Part shown: in pieces, positions 48,544 to 58,326 of the stretch
How positions within the stretch are numbered: the stretch's first letter is position 1
Layout of the letters: the number at the start of each line of letters is the position of its first letter
From: a virus
Reading direction: 5' to 3' (one strand)
DNA: 64,000 bases
IMG/VR virus record: IMGVR_UViG_3300048580_000375
Span: 3,304 to 67,303 of that record
The notes under the pieces: model-generated
Told to the model about the DNA's origin: nothing
Databases searched by the model: none
The model's input: the letters and a program-made list of their open reading frames with translations, nothing else
Made by a program: the position numbers and the translations under genes

Positions 48544-49329
48544 ATGATAAATAAAATTGCTTATTTTGGAGATTTACATCTTAGACTTTATAAATACCAC
48601 TACGAATATAAAGATATATTCTTTAATCAATTCATACCGAAATTAAAAGAAATAAAACCAGATAGAATATGTTTCGGAGGTGATTGGGCTCATTCCAAAA
48701 ATCAAGCAACCCCTGAATTATTTGAAATATCTTGTATATTCTTAAATGAACTTACCAAAATAGCTCCTGTTGTTCTTACGTTAGGTAATCACGATTTATT
48801 ATTAAATAATTTAGATAGGTTAGATATTTTAACACCTATATTAAATGCTTTAAGTAATGATAAAATTACGTTCTTAAATAAAACAGGGTGTTATGAAGAT
48901 GAAAATATTGTTTGGTGTGTTTGGGGTATAACTGAAGGTAATACAAAACCTGAAATAATTAGAGAAGAAGGGAAACATTATATTGGATTACAACACGGTC
49001 CTTTAAGAGGTTCTACAACTGACTTAAACTTTATATTTGAGGATGGGTTAGATATTGAGGATTTTAATGATTGTGATGTTGCTTTAAATTCCGATATTCA
49101 TAAAAGAAATGTTATGACAACTGAAAAAGGTATTCCGGTTGTGATGGTGGGTAGTTTGGTACAGCAGTCGCATGGGGAAAAAATAAATAATCACGGATTT
49201 TTAGAATATACGATTGAAGATAAAGGTATAAAGTTTCACGATCTCCACAATGATTATGTTTTTATGAATTATAAAATATCATCAATAGATGATATTGAAA
49301 ATGAAAGTGAAGTACTATTAAATCTATGA
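48544..49329 (+). CDS. Mre11/SbcD (gp47-like) metallophosphoesterase nuclease
   Basis: GDLH, GGDW, GNHD, HG and DIHK motifs. Confidence 0.88.
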   Translation: MINKIAYFGDLHLRLYKYHYEYKDIFFNQFIPKLKEIKPDRICFGGDWAHSKNQATPELFEISCIFLNELTKIAPVVLTLGNHDLLLNNLDRLDILTPILNALSNDKITFLNKTGCYEDENIVWCVWGITEGNTKPEIIREEGKHYIGLQHGPLRGSTTDLNFIFEDGLDIEDFNDCDVALNSDIHKRNVMTTEKGIPVVMVGSLVQQSHGEKINNHGFLEYTIEDKGIKFHDLHNDYVFMNYKISSIDDIENESEVLLNL

Positions 49330-49709
49330 GAACATTAAAAGATAACAATTCATTAATTAAAAAGTGGGAATATAGTGGACTTTTAAAGTATACCCAAAAC
49401 CCTAAAATGATGGCTTATTGTTTAGAATATTCTGCTAAAACATTACTTGATTCAGGTATAAGTGAAAATAACGGTATGATTATCCCAATAATATTTAGGG
49501 TAATAAATAATATAAAACCAACATTTAGACACGATAGTAAAATAATTATTAAAGATATTATGGAAAGATTTCCAAATTTTATGTTGGATAAAAGAAGGGT
49601 TATTGATGATTTAAAATTTTTTACTAGTATGGATTGGGAAGCGGAAATGTGTCAATTATTTGTTGAGGAATATTTAAAGATATATGAGAACAATAAATCA
49701 ATACGTTAG
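49326..49709 (+). CDS. Small protein resembling the N-terminus of a T4-type major capsid protein
   Basis: LIKKWEYSGLL...MAYCLE..AK.LL...IIPIIFRV. Confidence 0.55.
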   Translation: MRTLKDNNSLIKKWEYSGLLKYTQNPKMMAYCLEYSAKTLLDSGISENNGMIIPIIFRVINNIKPTFRHDSKIIIKDIMERFPNFMLDKRRVIDDLKFFTSMDWEAEMCQLFVEEYLKIYENNKSIR

Positions 49710-49944
49710 TAGAAAAAAAACTAAAAAAACTTTTACCGAACAATGGGGGGCGTTATTGAATGGTGTTATAATGCCAACAATACAAAGATTTACCCACAGA
49801 ACATTAGGTGAAGATATAGTGTCAGTTCAACCAATGGAGGCGCCTATTGGTATTCTTAATTACATAGATTTTCAATACGGAGTTGCGTCAGAATCAACAT
49901 TTCCTTTTTGGAAAATTAAAGTTATATTTAATAAAAAAAAATAA
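49684..49944 (+). CDS. Small protein resembling the gp23 Gol-peptide region
   Basis: VIMPTIQRF..TLGEDIVSVQPMEAPIGILNYIDFQY. Confidence 0.7.
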   Translation: MRTINQYVSRKKTKKTFTEQWGALLNGVIMPTIQRFTHRTLGEDIVSVQPMEAPIGILNYIDFQYGVASESTFPFWKIKVIFNKKK

Positions 49945-49945
49945 T

Positions 49946-50518
49946 ATGGATTTAAGGGCAAAAATTGAAAAAAATAAAACACGATTTATTGATAGTGTTA
50001 AAAATTATGGTAATTTCATTACTGATGAATTATACGAATTTTTAGGTGAAGATTTATGGACATCACCAGCATCAACTACATTACAATTACATAATTGTTT
50101 TCCTGGTGGATTAGTTGATCATATATTAAAAGTTACGGCTTATGCTGTCAAGATAAATGATACATTACCTGAAAAACTTAGAGTTGATAAATCATCAATT
50201 ATTAAAGTTTGTTTCCTACATCAAATTGGTAAAATTAAACTATATTTATTAAATGATACTGATTGGGAAATTAAAAGAGGTATCTTATATAAGTTTAATG
50301 AAGAACTACCGTCTATGAAAATAAGTGAGAGGGGTTTATTCTATTGTAATCAATATGGTGTGAAATTATCAGATGTTGAGTTCCAAGCGATAATGAATTT
50401 TGAAAAAACTGATGAAGATAGACAATCAAGATGGTATAGTGATATATTATCGATAATATTAAAACAAGCTATTGAACTCGCTATTTTTGAAGAAAAACAA
50501 TCAAATGAGAAGTCTTAA
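49946..50518 (+). CDS. HD-domain-like hydrolase
   Basis: PAS...HNCFPGGLVDH...FLHQIGK; likely ATG start at 49946. Confidence 0.75.
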   Translation: MDLRAKIEKNKTRFIDSVKNYGNFITDELYEFLGEDLWTSPASTTLQLHNCFPGGLVDHILKVTAYAVKINDTLPEKLRVDKSSIIKVCFLHQIGKIKLYLLNDTDWEIKRGILYKFNEELPSMKISERGLFYCNQYGVKLSDVEFQAIMNFEKTDEDRQSRWYSDILSIILKQAIELAIFEEKQSNEKS

Positions 50519-50936
50519 AGAAATAGTAGCATATAGAAGTTTTAACAATAATAAGTTTAACCTCATTCTCACACCGAGACAATGGGGTTTAACTACGTTA
50601 TTAATTAGTTATATAAATCAAATACCAAATGGTAAATCAATATTATTTGGTGTGAGTAATCCTACTATGGTTATAGAAACTAACAGAAGAATAACACACT
50701 CTAATTGTAGAATTCAAATCATTCACGAATCAAGTTTAATTGGATATGGATTTGATTATATTATATGTGATAATTTTTTTAATGATAGTTGGATTCAAAA
50801 ATTAGTGTTAATAGCACCAGTTTTAAACCCAAATGGTAAGATAATATTAGCGGATAGTGGTAGGTGTTTAGGGTATCAAATGGAATATTTTAGAAACTAC
50901 AATAAAATAATAAAAACAAGTTTAGATAATGGATGA
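50505..50936 (+). CDS. Truncated, degenerate terminase-like P-loop ATPase fragment
   Basis: FNLILTPRQWGLTT (Walker A-like, K to L); GYGFDYIICDNF (Walker B-like); GKIILADS. Confidence 0.6.
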   Translation: MRSLKEIVAYRSFNNNKFNLILTPRQWGLTTLLISYINQIPNGKSILFGVSNPTMVIETNRRITHSNCRIQIIHESSLIGYGFDYIICDNFFNDSWIQKLVLIAPVLNPNGKIILADSGRCLGYQMEYFRNYNKIIKTSLDNG

Positions 50937-51603
50937 TGTAAGAAAAAAGATGATGGGTTTGGTTACGGCTTTCTTTATGGGTTTAAATGAGGCAGATAAA
51001 CAAATCTTAAAATCTCAATTAAACACTGTTGATGAATCACAACTAGGTCATCACCAAATGAATATTAAAAGCCCGTTTTTAAATGGGATAAATCAAGGTA
51101 AGATAACTGAAGAACAAAGACAACATTTTTATAAGGTATTACACCTTGCAGAACAAAAATGGAGAACATCAAAAGGATTTGATGATCCTGAAAAAATGAG
51201 AACATTGATGGAAAAAAGGGGAATGAATGGTGTATTAGAAAGTATTAGTTGTGAGCCAATAGATATGGGGCTTAGTAATGAATTTTACTACCCTGTAAGA
51301 ACAAATGCTGAACAATTTGAAATTGAAAAGATTGCTGAGAATATGTTGGTATATGACAATGAAATTAAATTTAGGTGTCCTATGTTTAATAATAGGAGAA
51401 TATTTGAAAATATAAGAGGTGAGGGTAATGTATTAAGGGAATTAATGAATACAACACAAGTTGAATGGGATAAAAAAGAATTTGACAATGTGGGTGTTAA
51501 ATACACTTATAATACATATGATTATAATGTAAGTTATAAGAATACAATAAAAGAAAATGATGACTATTTTTTAGTTGTGTTTAATAAAAATAATATAATA
51601 TAA
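50929..51603 (+). CDS. Hypothetical protein
   Basis: ORF track. Confidence 0.7.
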   Translation: MDDVRKKMMGLVTAFFMGLNEADKQILKSQLNTVDESQLGHHQMNIKSPFLNGINQGKITEEQRQHFYKVLHLAEQKWRTSKGFDDPEKMRTLMEKRGMNGVLESISCEPIDMGLSNEFYYPVRTNAEQFEIEKIAENMLVYDNEIKFRCPMFNNRRIFENIRGEGNVLRELMNTTQVEWDKKEFDNVGVKYTYNTYDYNVSYKNTIKENDDYFLVVFNKNNII

Positions 51604-51604
51604 T

Positions 51605-51796
51605 ATGGAAAACGGATTTATAATAATAAAGAAAGAAACTCTTCAGGAGTTAGTTAAAAATTTCTATAAGGTGTGTAGTCTAGCGGATGAATGTAATATT
51701 TACGAACATGATTATTTAGATGAGTCAATGCAAGAAATGAAGTCTTGGGTGGATGATAAATTTGGTAGAACTATTAAAGAAGAGACTTATGAATAA
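51605..51796 (+). CDS. Hypothetical protein
   Basis: ORF track. Confidence 0.65.
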   Translation: MENGFIIIKKETLQELVKNFYKVCSLADECNIYEHDYLDESMQEMKSWVDDKFGRTIKEETYE

Positions 51797-52334
51797 TAAT
51801 ATGGAAAATATATTTTTAAAATGTGAATGTCATTCTCACGGACTTGAAGTCGAAGTTGATAGAAACTCTGAAAACCCAAATAATTCAGAGTTTATGTTTA
51901 GTATTTGGGAGTATGGTAAAAAAACCAAACCATCATTTAAACAAAGATGGGATTATTTTTGGACTGGTAATAATGATATGATTAACGATCACGTTATTAT
52001 GGATCTAAAAAAAGCGTCTGAATTATCAAAATATTTGGTATCTAATATTGATAAAATTAATGTGGATATTAAAAAACATAACTCTTCTAATGGTTTAATT
52101 AGGGATTTAATTAAAAAATCTGAAGAAAATTTAGAGAAGATTTTAAAAAGAAAACCTAAAAAAGTTGTACCGACAAAACAACAAGTGGAAAAGGATATTA
52201 TGGTTAAATCGGAAAAAATTAAAACCGGTAATGATAATAAAATTGAAAAAATTGGTGAATTAATTATTCCTACAAATGGTGCTGGTTTTCAAGGGGGTGA
52301 ATCAGGTGATGGTTTAAGTGGATTTAGGGGTTAG
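51789..52334 (+). CDS. Hypothetical protein (CECHSH motif)
   Basis: ORF track; start uncertain (51753, 51789 or 51801). Confidence 0.65.
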   Translation: MNNNMENIFLKCECHSHGLEVEVDRNSENPNNSEFMFSIWEYGKKTKPSFKQRWDYFWTGNNDMINDHVIMDLKKASELSKYLVSNIDKINVDIKKHNSSNGLIRDLIKKSEENLEKILKRKPKKVVPTKQQVEKDIMVKSEKIKTGNDNKIEKIGELIIPTNGAGFQGGESGDGLSGFRG

Positions 52335-52385
52335 AAATTAAACCTTAATCTTTATTTTTAGTAGAATATTTACGATACTTAGTCT

Positions 52386-53945
52386 ATGATTAAAAATGGT
52401 CTAAGTATCGTTTGTTCTATGCGAGAACACGATAAAGAGTTTGAAGAACACGTTAAAAAAACTATCGGATTAAAGGATTATGAGTTATTGTTTTACATAA
52501 ATCCAGGAACACATTCACTTACAGAATTATATAATAAAGGATTAAATGAATCCAAGAACAAATACGTTCTTTTCTGTCATAATGATATTAAATACCTTAA
52601 ATCGGGTTGGGGTAAAAGATACATTGAACAACTTGAAAATAAAGATTATGGTATTATAGGACACGCTGGAACCACAAAATTAACTGAAAGTGGAAGATGG
52701 TGGGATGATATGAATTTGATGGTAGGTCAAGTATGGCATCAACACAATGATGAACAATCAGGTAAAACTATGAAATGGGAATCAAAATATTCGGGTAATT
52801 TTGGTTATGAGGTAATTAATACTATTAATTTGGATGGCTTAGCTTTCTGTGTTAATAAAGAAAAAATTAAAGAAAGATTTGATGAAAACATAAAAGGGTT
52901 TCACTTTTATGATTTAGATTTTACATTGGCGAATCATATCGCTGGTGTTGAAATTGGTGTTATTTTTGATAACCCTATTTTACATAAATCAATTGGGATG
53001 ACAGACGAACAATGGGAAACTACGAGACAACAATTTGTTGATAAGTGGATTAATGTCGGTATCCCATTAGAAATTAAACCAATTAACGTATTTCATGATA
53101 AACACGTAAATAAACCCTTACCTAAAGAACCTAAATTAGCAATAATTATCCCAAGTAAAAACAACTACGATTTATTAGAAAGGTGTGTTAAATCTATTCA
53201 AGAAACGAAGTTTTCTAATTATAAAATTTATATTGCTGACACTGGTTCATTAAAAGTTACGGTTGATAAAATCAAAGAAAATTTATTAAATGATAAAGTG
53301 GTGTTAAACCAGTATGGTTACTATAACTTTAGTAAGATTAATAACGATATGGTAAATAATTTTATCGATAAGGATAGTGAGTTAGTATTATTTTGTAACG
53401 ATGATGTCTATATTAAAGAAGGTGATCCAATTACAAGAATGACTACGATTTACGTTAATAATAAACATGATATTGGGACGATAGGTTTAAGATTACATTT
53501 CGGTGAAAGAAGTGGTGATAAGGTAAATAAAGTTCAACATGGCGGTGTAATTGCTTTTACTAATGGACAAGAAATAAGAATAACACATCAAGGGTTAGGT
53601 AGTTATTGGGGTTATGAACCAAGTGTGAAAAGAGATGTGTTTGGTAATACGTTTGCTTTTGCTATGACACCTATGAATGTTTGGAAGAAAGTCGGTGGGT
53701 TAAATGAAATATTTGAAGAATGTTTTGAGGATGTGGAATTTAATTTAAAATGTATATTAAATGGAAAAACCAATTACTTTATTGGTGATGAATACGCAAT
53801 TCACGATGAATCATCATCAAGAAATAAATCACAAGAAAAATTACAAAAAGAATCTTTGGATTACCAAAAGATTGTAAAAATAATAAGTGGTTATATGTGG
53901 AATGAAAGACTACAAAAATTAATAAAATTTATAAACAAACAATAA
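52386..53945 (+). CDS. Two-domain GT-A glycosyltransferase
   Basis: LFCHNDI..FHFYDLD N-terminal domain; AIIIP, FCNDD and EDVE GT2 domain. Confidence 0.85.
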   Translation: MIKNGLSIVCSMREHDKEFEEHVKKTIGLKDYELLFYINPGTHSLTELYNKGLNESKNKYVLFCHNDIKYLKSGWGKRYIEQLENKDYGIIGHAGTTKLTESGRWWDDMNLMVGQVWHQHNDEQSGKTMKWESKYSGNFGYEVINTINLDGLAFCVNKEKIKERFDENIKGFHFYDLDFTLANHIAGVEIGVIFDNPILHKSIGMTDEQWETTRQQFVDKWINVGIPLEIKPINVFHDKHVNKPLPKEPKLAIIIPSKNNYDLLERCVKSIQETKFSNYKIYIADTGSLKVTVDKIKENLLNDKVVLNQYGYYNFSKINNDMVNNFIDKDSELVLFCNDDVYIKEGDPITRMTTIYVNNKHDIGTIGLRLHFGERSGDKVNKVQHGGVIAFTNGQEIRITHQGLGSYWGYEPSVKRDVFGNTFAFAMTPMNVWKKVGGLNEIFEECFEDVEFNLKCILNGKTNYFIGDEYAIHDESSSRNKSQEKLQKESLDYQKIVKIISGYMWNERLQKLIKFINKQ

Positions 53946-54721
53946 TGACTAAATTAGGTATAGCATATAATATTTTTGATGACTCAATAGAGTTGTTAGA
54001 AAAATCAATTTTATCTGTTAGAAATGTCGCTGATTACATCACAGTAATATATCAAGACATTTCTAATATGGGTAATGAATCTGAAGTAAATTTAAAAGAA
54101 TTACTAACCGAATATAAAAATAAAGGTTTAATAGATTCTTTTTATTTATATAAACCACAATTAAACGCACCTATTCCACATATTAATGAAATAAATAAAA
54201 GGAATATGGGTTTATATGTTTGTCAAGGTGAAGGTTGTACTCATTTTATGTCAATGGATTCTGATGAATTCTATAAAGAAGATGAGTTAAGGAAAGTATT
54301 AAACGTAATGGTTGAAGGTGATTATGATTCATCTGCTTGTCAATTACAAACTTATTGGAAGAGCGGTAAATGGGTTTTAAATCCACCTGAAGAATATTAT
54401 GTTAGTTTAATATATAAAATTAGATCTGGTGTGGATTTTGTATTGGGACACGTATTTCCTGTTTTAGTTGATCCAACAAGAAGAATGAATCCTGGTAATT
54501 GTAAAATATTTACAAGGGATGAAATAGAAATGCATCACGCATCATATGTTAGAAATGACATAGCTAAAAAATTATTTAATAGTTCATCTATAAGTAGTTT
54601 TGGTGATATTATTGAAGATTTAATTAATTACTTTAATAATTGGAAAGAAGGTGATAAAGCATTTATGCCTGATAGAAATAAATATGATCTTAAAAAAGTG
54701 GAAAATTTGTTTAATATATGA
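53945..54721 (+). CDS. GT2-like glycosyltransferase
   Basis: KRN.GL and MDSDEFY motifs. Confidence 0.75.
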   Translation: MTKLGIAYNIFDDSIELLEKSILSVRNVADYITVIYQDISNMGNESEVNLKELLTEYKNKGLIDSFYLYKPQLNAPIPHINEINKRNMGLYVCQGEGCTHFMSMDSDEFYKEDELRKVLNVMVEGDYDSSACQLQTYWKSGKWVLNPPEEYYVSLIYKIRSGVDFVLGHVFPVLVDPTRRMNPGNCKIFTRDEIEMHHASYVRNDIAKKLFNSSSISSFGDIIEDLINYFNNWKEGDKAFMPDRNKYDLKKVENLFNI

Positions 54722-55452
54722 AAATAGCTGTTTGTTTACACCTTTTCTATACCGATATGTGGGAAGAAATAACACATTATTTGGATAATATTAATCATCC
54801 ATATAAATTATATGTTAGTTTAGTAGATAGTTATTATGATGAAAGTATTATGGATAAAATTCACTCGTATAAACCAGATATGGCTACAATTGTTGTGGTT
54901 GAAAACAAAGGTGTTGATATTGGTGGATTTTTAAATGTCTATCCGTTAGTTGATGAAGATACTGATTTAATATTAAAAATACACGGTAAGAAAAGTATTG
55001 GATTACCTAATAAACCATCAGATATGGTTAAAGTTTATGGTATGGAAAGTGCAATACAAAAAGGTAGAGAATGGTTTGAAAGAAATATGAATGGTATTCT
55101 AAAAAACTCAGATTTTGTAGATAGTATAATTGATAGATTTAAAACCGATGAAACTTGTGGTTTAATTGGACATAATTTAGAGACTTACGTTGGACCTAAC
55201 GACTTTTTAGTAAAAGAATTAATTAAAATGTTTGGGTTAAATCCTAATGTATATGGATCACCATTTATAGATGGGACTATGTTTTGGGTTAGAAACGATT
55301 TATTTAAAAAATATTTAACCGAAGATGGTGTTAGAAATATATTAAAAATGATACCAAAAGGTTATCAAAACGAACCATCAATTAACCATTCACTTGAAAG
55401 GATTTTTGGTTATATTATAAAAAATGAAAATAAAGAAGTTATTGTTTTATGA
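54718..55452 (+). CDS. Rhamnan synthesis F (RgpF)-like protein
   Basis: AVCLHLFY, NKGVDIGGF, KIHGKKS, GTMFW and HSLER motifs. Confidence 0.85.
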   Translation: MKIAVCLHLFYTDMWEEITHYLDNINHPYKLYVSLVDSYYDESIMDKIHSYKPDMATIVVVENKGVDIGGFLNVYPLVDEDTDLILKIHGKKSIGLPNKPSDMVKVYGMESAIQKGREWFERNMNGILKNSDFVDSIIDRFKTDETCGLIGHNLETYVGPNDFLVKELIKMFGLNPNVYGSPFIDGTMFWVRNDLFKKYLTEDGVRNILKMIPKGYQNEPSINHSLERIFGYIIKNENKEVIVL

Positions 55453-56114
55453 TATTAAATGAATATTTTGATAAAGCATTTTGTATAAATCTTGACAGAA
55501 GAAATGATAGGTGGGAAGAAGTTCAACCAATCTTTATAAAGGAAAATATTGAAATTGAAAGATTTAGTGCTTGTGATGGTAATAAAGAGTTTAATTTACC
55601 GATAGTTGAAGGTGGTCCGGCATCAAATGCTGAGTTGGGTGGGACTAAATCACATATGGATGTTATTATAAGAGCGAAAGAATTGGGATTAAAGAATGTT
55701 TTAGTTTTTGAAGATGATGTTGATTTAATACCAAATATAAATGAAGAGTTTTCTAAAGTTTTAGAACAGATACCTGATGATTGGGATATGATTTATTTTG
55801 GTGGTAATCATGTTGGTGGTTTATTACAAATTAGTCCTAATATATGTAGAGCTGGTAGAACTTATGCTTTACAAATGTATGCGGTAAATGAAAAGTTTTA
55901 TGATTTGGCTATAAAATATTATTCAGATAAAATTAAATGGGTTTTAAGTGGTAGACAACCATTAAAACCATCGGTAGCTGCGGATTATTTCATTGCGGAT
56001 TTACACCAAATAATAAATTGTTATGTAATTAAACCACACTTCTCTTGGCAAAGAAAAAGTTATTCTGATTTAGCGGAGCAAGTGGTTGATTATAATTTTT
56101 TAAAAAATAAATAA
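55449..56114 (+). CDS. GT25 glycosyltransferase
   Basis: INLDRRNDRW, SH, VFEDD and WDMIYFG motifs. Confidence 0.88.
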   Translation: MILNEYFDKAFCINLDRRNDRWEEVQPIFIKENIEIERFSACDGNKEFNLPIVEGGPASNAELGGTKSHMDVIIRAKELGLKNVLVFEDDVDLIPNINEEFSKVLEQIPDDWDMIYFGGNHVGGLLQISPNICRAGRTYALQMYAVNEKFYDLAIKYYSDKIKWVLSGRQPLKPSVAADYFIADLHQIINCYVIKPHFSWQRKSYSDLAEQVVDYNFLKNK

Positions 56115-56117
56115 AAT

Positions 56118-56867
56118 ATGAAAATAGATGAATTAGCTTTAAAACACGGCACTGATAAATCCAGTTTGGATCACTATTACACCCAATTTTATCAAAAATA
56201 CTTTGATAAGTATGTTAGTAACCCTAAAAAAATATTAGAGTTAGGTATTTACACAACAACAAAAAGTACTGATTTAGAAACATCGGGTGCATCATTAAAA
56301 ACATGGTCTGAATATTACCCTGAATCAGATATCTATGGTTTAGATTTAAGCGACTACTCGATATTAGATAATACTTATAAAAATATACACACCTTACCTT
56401 GTAATACTGAAATTAGAAAAAATGATGATGTATATAAATTACAAAATCCGTGGCTAAGAGAAATATATACAAACCCTAAACACCAATTAATTGGTGGTGG
56501 TGTAGGTTTAGAAGATATTGAAAAAAAATTCGGTAGTGATTTTGATATTATAATTGATGATGGTCCACATACAATGTCAGGACAACAAATATTTTTAGGG
56601 TATATGTTTAAGCATTTAAAATCGGGTGGAATATTTGTTATTGAAGATTTGTGTACTTCAGATATTAATAAATGGGGGTCGACATATAATAGTTATCCAT
56701 TTACCGAAAAAAATACTTTATGGGTGATTAATTATTATATTAAACATAAAAAAATAGTCACAGATTTTATGTTAGAAAATGAGATTAAGTATTTGGAAGA
56801 TAACATTTCTGAAATGTATTTAGAAACCGCTAATAATTCTGAAATTGTTTTTATAGTTAAAAAATGA
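56118..56867 (+). CDS. Class I SAM-dependent (sugar O-)methyltransferase
   Basis: GTDK, ILELG, FDIIIDDGPH and GGIFVIED motifs. Confidence 0.85.
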   Translation: MKIDELALKHGTDKSSLDHYYTQFYQKYFDKYVSNPKKILELGIYTTTKSTDLETSGASLKTWSEYYPESDIYGLDLSDYSILDNTYKNIHTLPCNTEIRKNDDVYKLQNPWLREIYTNPKHQLIGGGVGLEDIEKKFGSDFDIIIDDGPHTMSGQQIFLGYMFKHLKSGGIFVIEDLCTSDINKWGSTYNSYPFTEKNTLWVINYYIKHKKIVTDFMLENEIKYLEDNISEMYLETANNSEIVFIVKK

Positions 56868-57637
56868 TAACGTGTGAATTAATGGGTGGTTTAGGAAATC
56901 AATTATTCCAAATCGCAACAACAACAGCACTTGCTTTACGAAATAACGATAACGCTTGTTTCGATATTGATGGTCATAAAATAGGGTTACAAGGAAGAGA
57001 TGCTATAAATTATAAGGAAAATATTTTTAGGAATTTATTAAACCAAAAAATAGAAACAAATAATGTTTTCGAACAAAATGGGTTTCATTATGAAAATATA
57101 CCTTATTCTAAGAATCTTAAATTAAGTGGTTATTTCCAGAGTGAAAAATATTTCATTGATTATAGGGATGAAATATTAGAATTATTAAGTCCTGGTGAAA
57201 AGATAGAAAAATATATTGAACAAAAATTTGGGGAAATATTGAAGAAAAAAACTTGTTCACTCCATGTTAGACATGGTGATTATTTACAATTATCTAATTA
57301 TCACCCACCATGTTCGGTTAAATATTATACAGAGGCAATTAAAATGTTTGATGATGATACTTTATTTATTATTTTTTCTGACGATATTTCTTGGTGTAAG
57401 TCTGTATTTAGAGGAGATAATTTTTTCTTTATAGAAAATGAAGAGGATTATATTGACTTATATATTATGAGCAAATGTTTAGATAATATAATGGCGAATA
57501 GCTCATTTAGTTGGTGGGGGAGTTGGTTAAATAAAAACGAAAATAAACGTGTAATTGTTCCGAGTAAATGGTTCGGTAAAGGATATTTTGATTGGAATAT
57601 AAATGATGTTTATACAAATAAAATGATAAAATTATGA
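56864..57637 (+). CDS. GT11 alpha-1,2-fucosyltransferase
   Basis: GGLGNQLFQ, GYFQSEKYF, HVRHGDY and NSSFSWW motifs. Confidence 0.92.
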   Translation: MITCELMGGLGNQLFQIATTTALALRNNDNACFDIDGHKIGLQGRDAINYKENIFRNLLNQKIETNNVFEQNGFHYENIPYSKNLKLSGYFQSEKYFIDYRDEILELLSPGEKIEKYIEQKFGEILKKKTCSLHVRHGDYLQLSNYHPPCSVKYYTEAIKMFDDDTLFIIFSDDISWCKSVFRGDNFFFIENEEDYIDLYIMSKCLDNIMANSSFSWWGSWLNKNENKRVIVPSKWFGKGYFDWNINDVYTNKMIKL

Positions 57638-58326
57638 TGAATTTTAGTTTTGGAATATGTAAGGGTATTAATTCACCCTTTTTGAAAGAAATAATTTATT
57701 CTATACGACAACAAAATATAGATAATTATGAAATAATAATTGTAGGGGAAAAACATACAGAATTTGGTGATGATATTATTAATATAGATTTCGATGAAAG
57801 TATTAAACCAGGTTGGATAACTAAAAAGAAAAATTTAATAACTAAGAATGCTAAGTATGAAAATATAGTTTATCTTCACGATTATGTTTATTTTAAACAT
57901 GACTGGTATAAAGGTCAAATCCTTAAAGGGTGTGATATTAAAATTAGAATGGATAAGATAAAAAACAATAATGGTGATAGATTTAGAGATTGGTGTATTT
58001 GGCCTAATAATGATAATGTTATTGATAATATTATAGGTAGAAGTATAATGATACCTTACGATATGACACATTTATCAAAATATATGTATATTAATGGAAC
58101 TTATTGGATTGCTAACAAAAAAATAATGACAGAATTCCCGTTAAATGAAGATTTAGTTTGGGGTGAAAGTGAGGATGTTGAATGGTCAAAAAGAGTTAGG
58201 GAAAAATATAGTTTTGAAATGAATGACTTTTCCGAAGTAAGATTATTAAAACAACATTCAAACCACGATTTTAGTGAATGTAATAATGATATTATAAAAA
58301 TATTAAAAGAATATGAAAAAAATTAA
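57634..58326 (+). CDS. GT2-like glycosyltransferase
   Basis: KKN, YLHDY and EDVEW motifs. Confidence 0.75.
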   Translation: MMNFSFGICKGINSPFLKEIIYSIRQQNIDNYEIIIVGEKHTEFGDDIINIDFDESIKPGWITKKKNLITKNAKYENIVYLHDYVYFKHDWYKGQILKGCDIKIRMDKIKNNNGDRFRDWCIWPNNDNVIDNIIGRSIMIPYDMTHLSKYMYINGTYWIANKKIMTEFPLNEDLVWGESEDVEWSKRVREKYSFEMNDFSEVRLLKQHSNHDFSECNNDIIKILKEYEKN

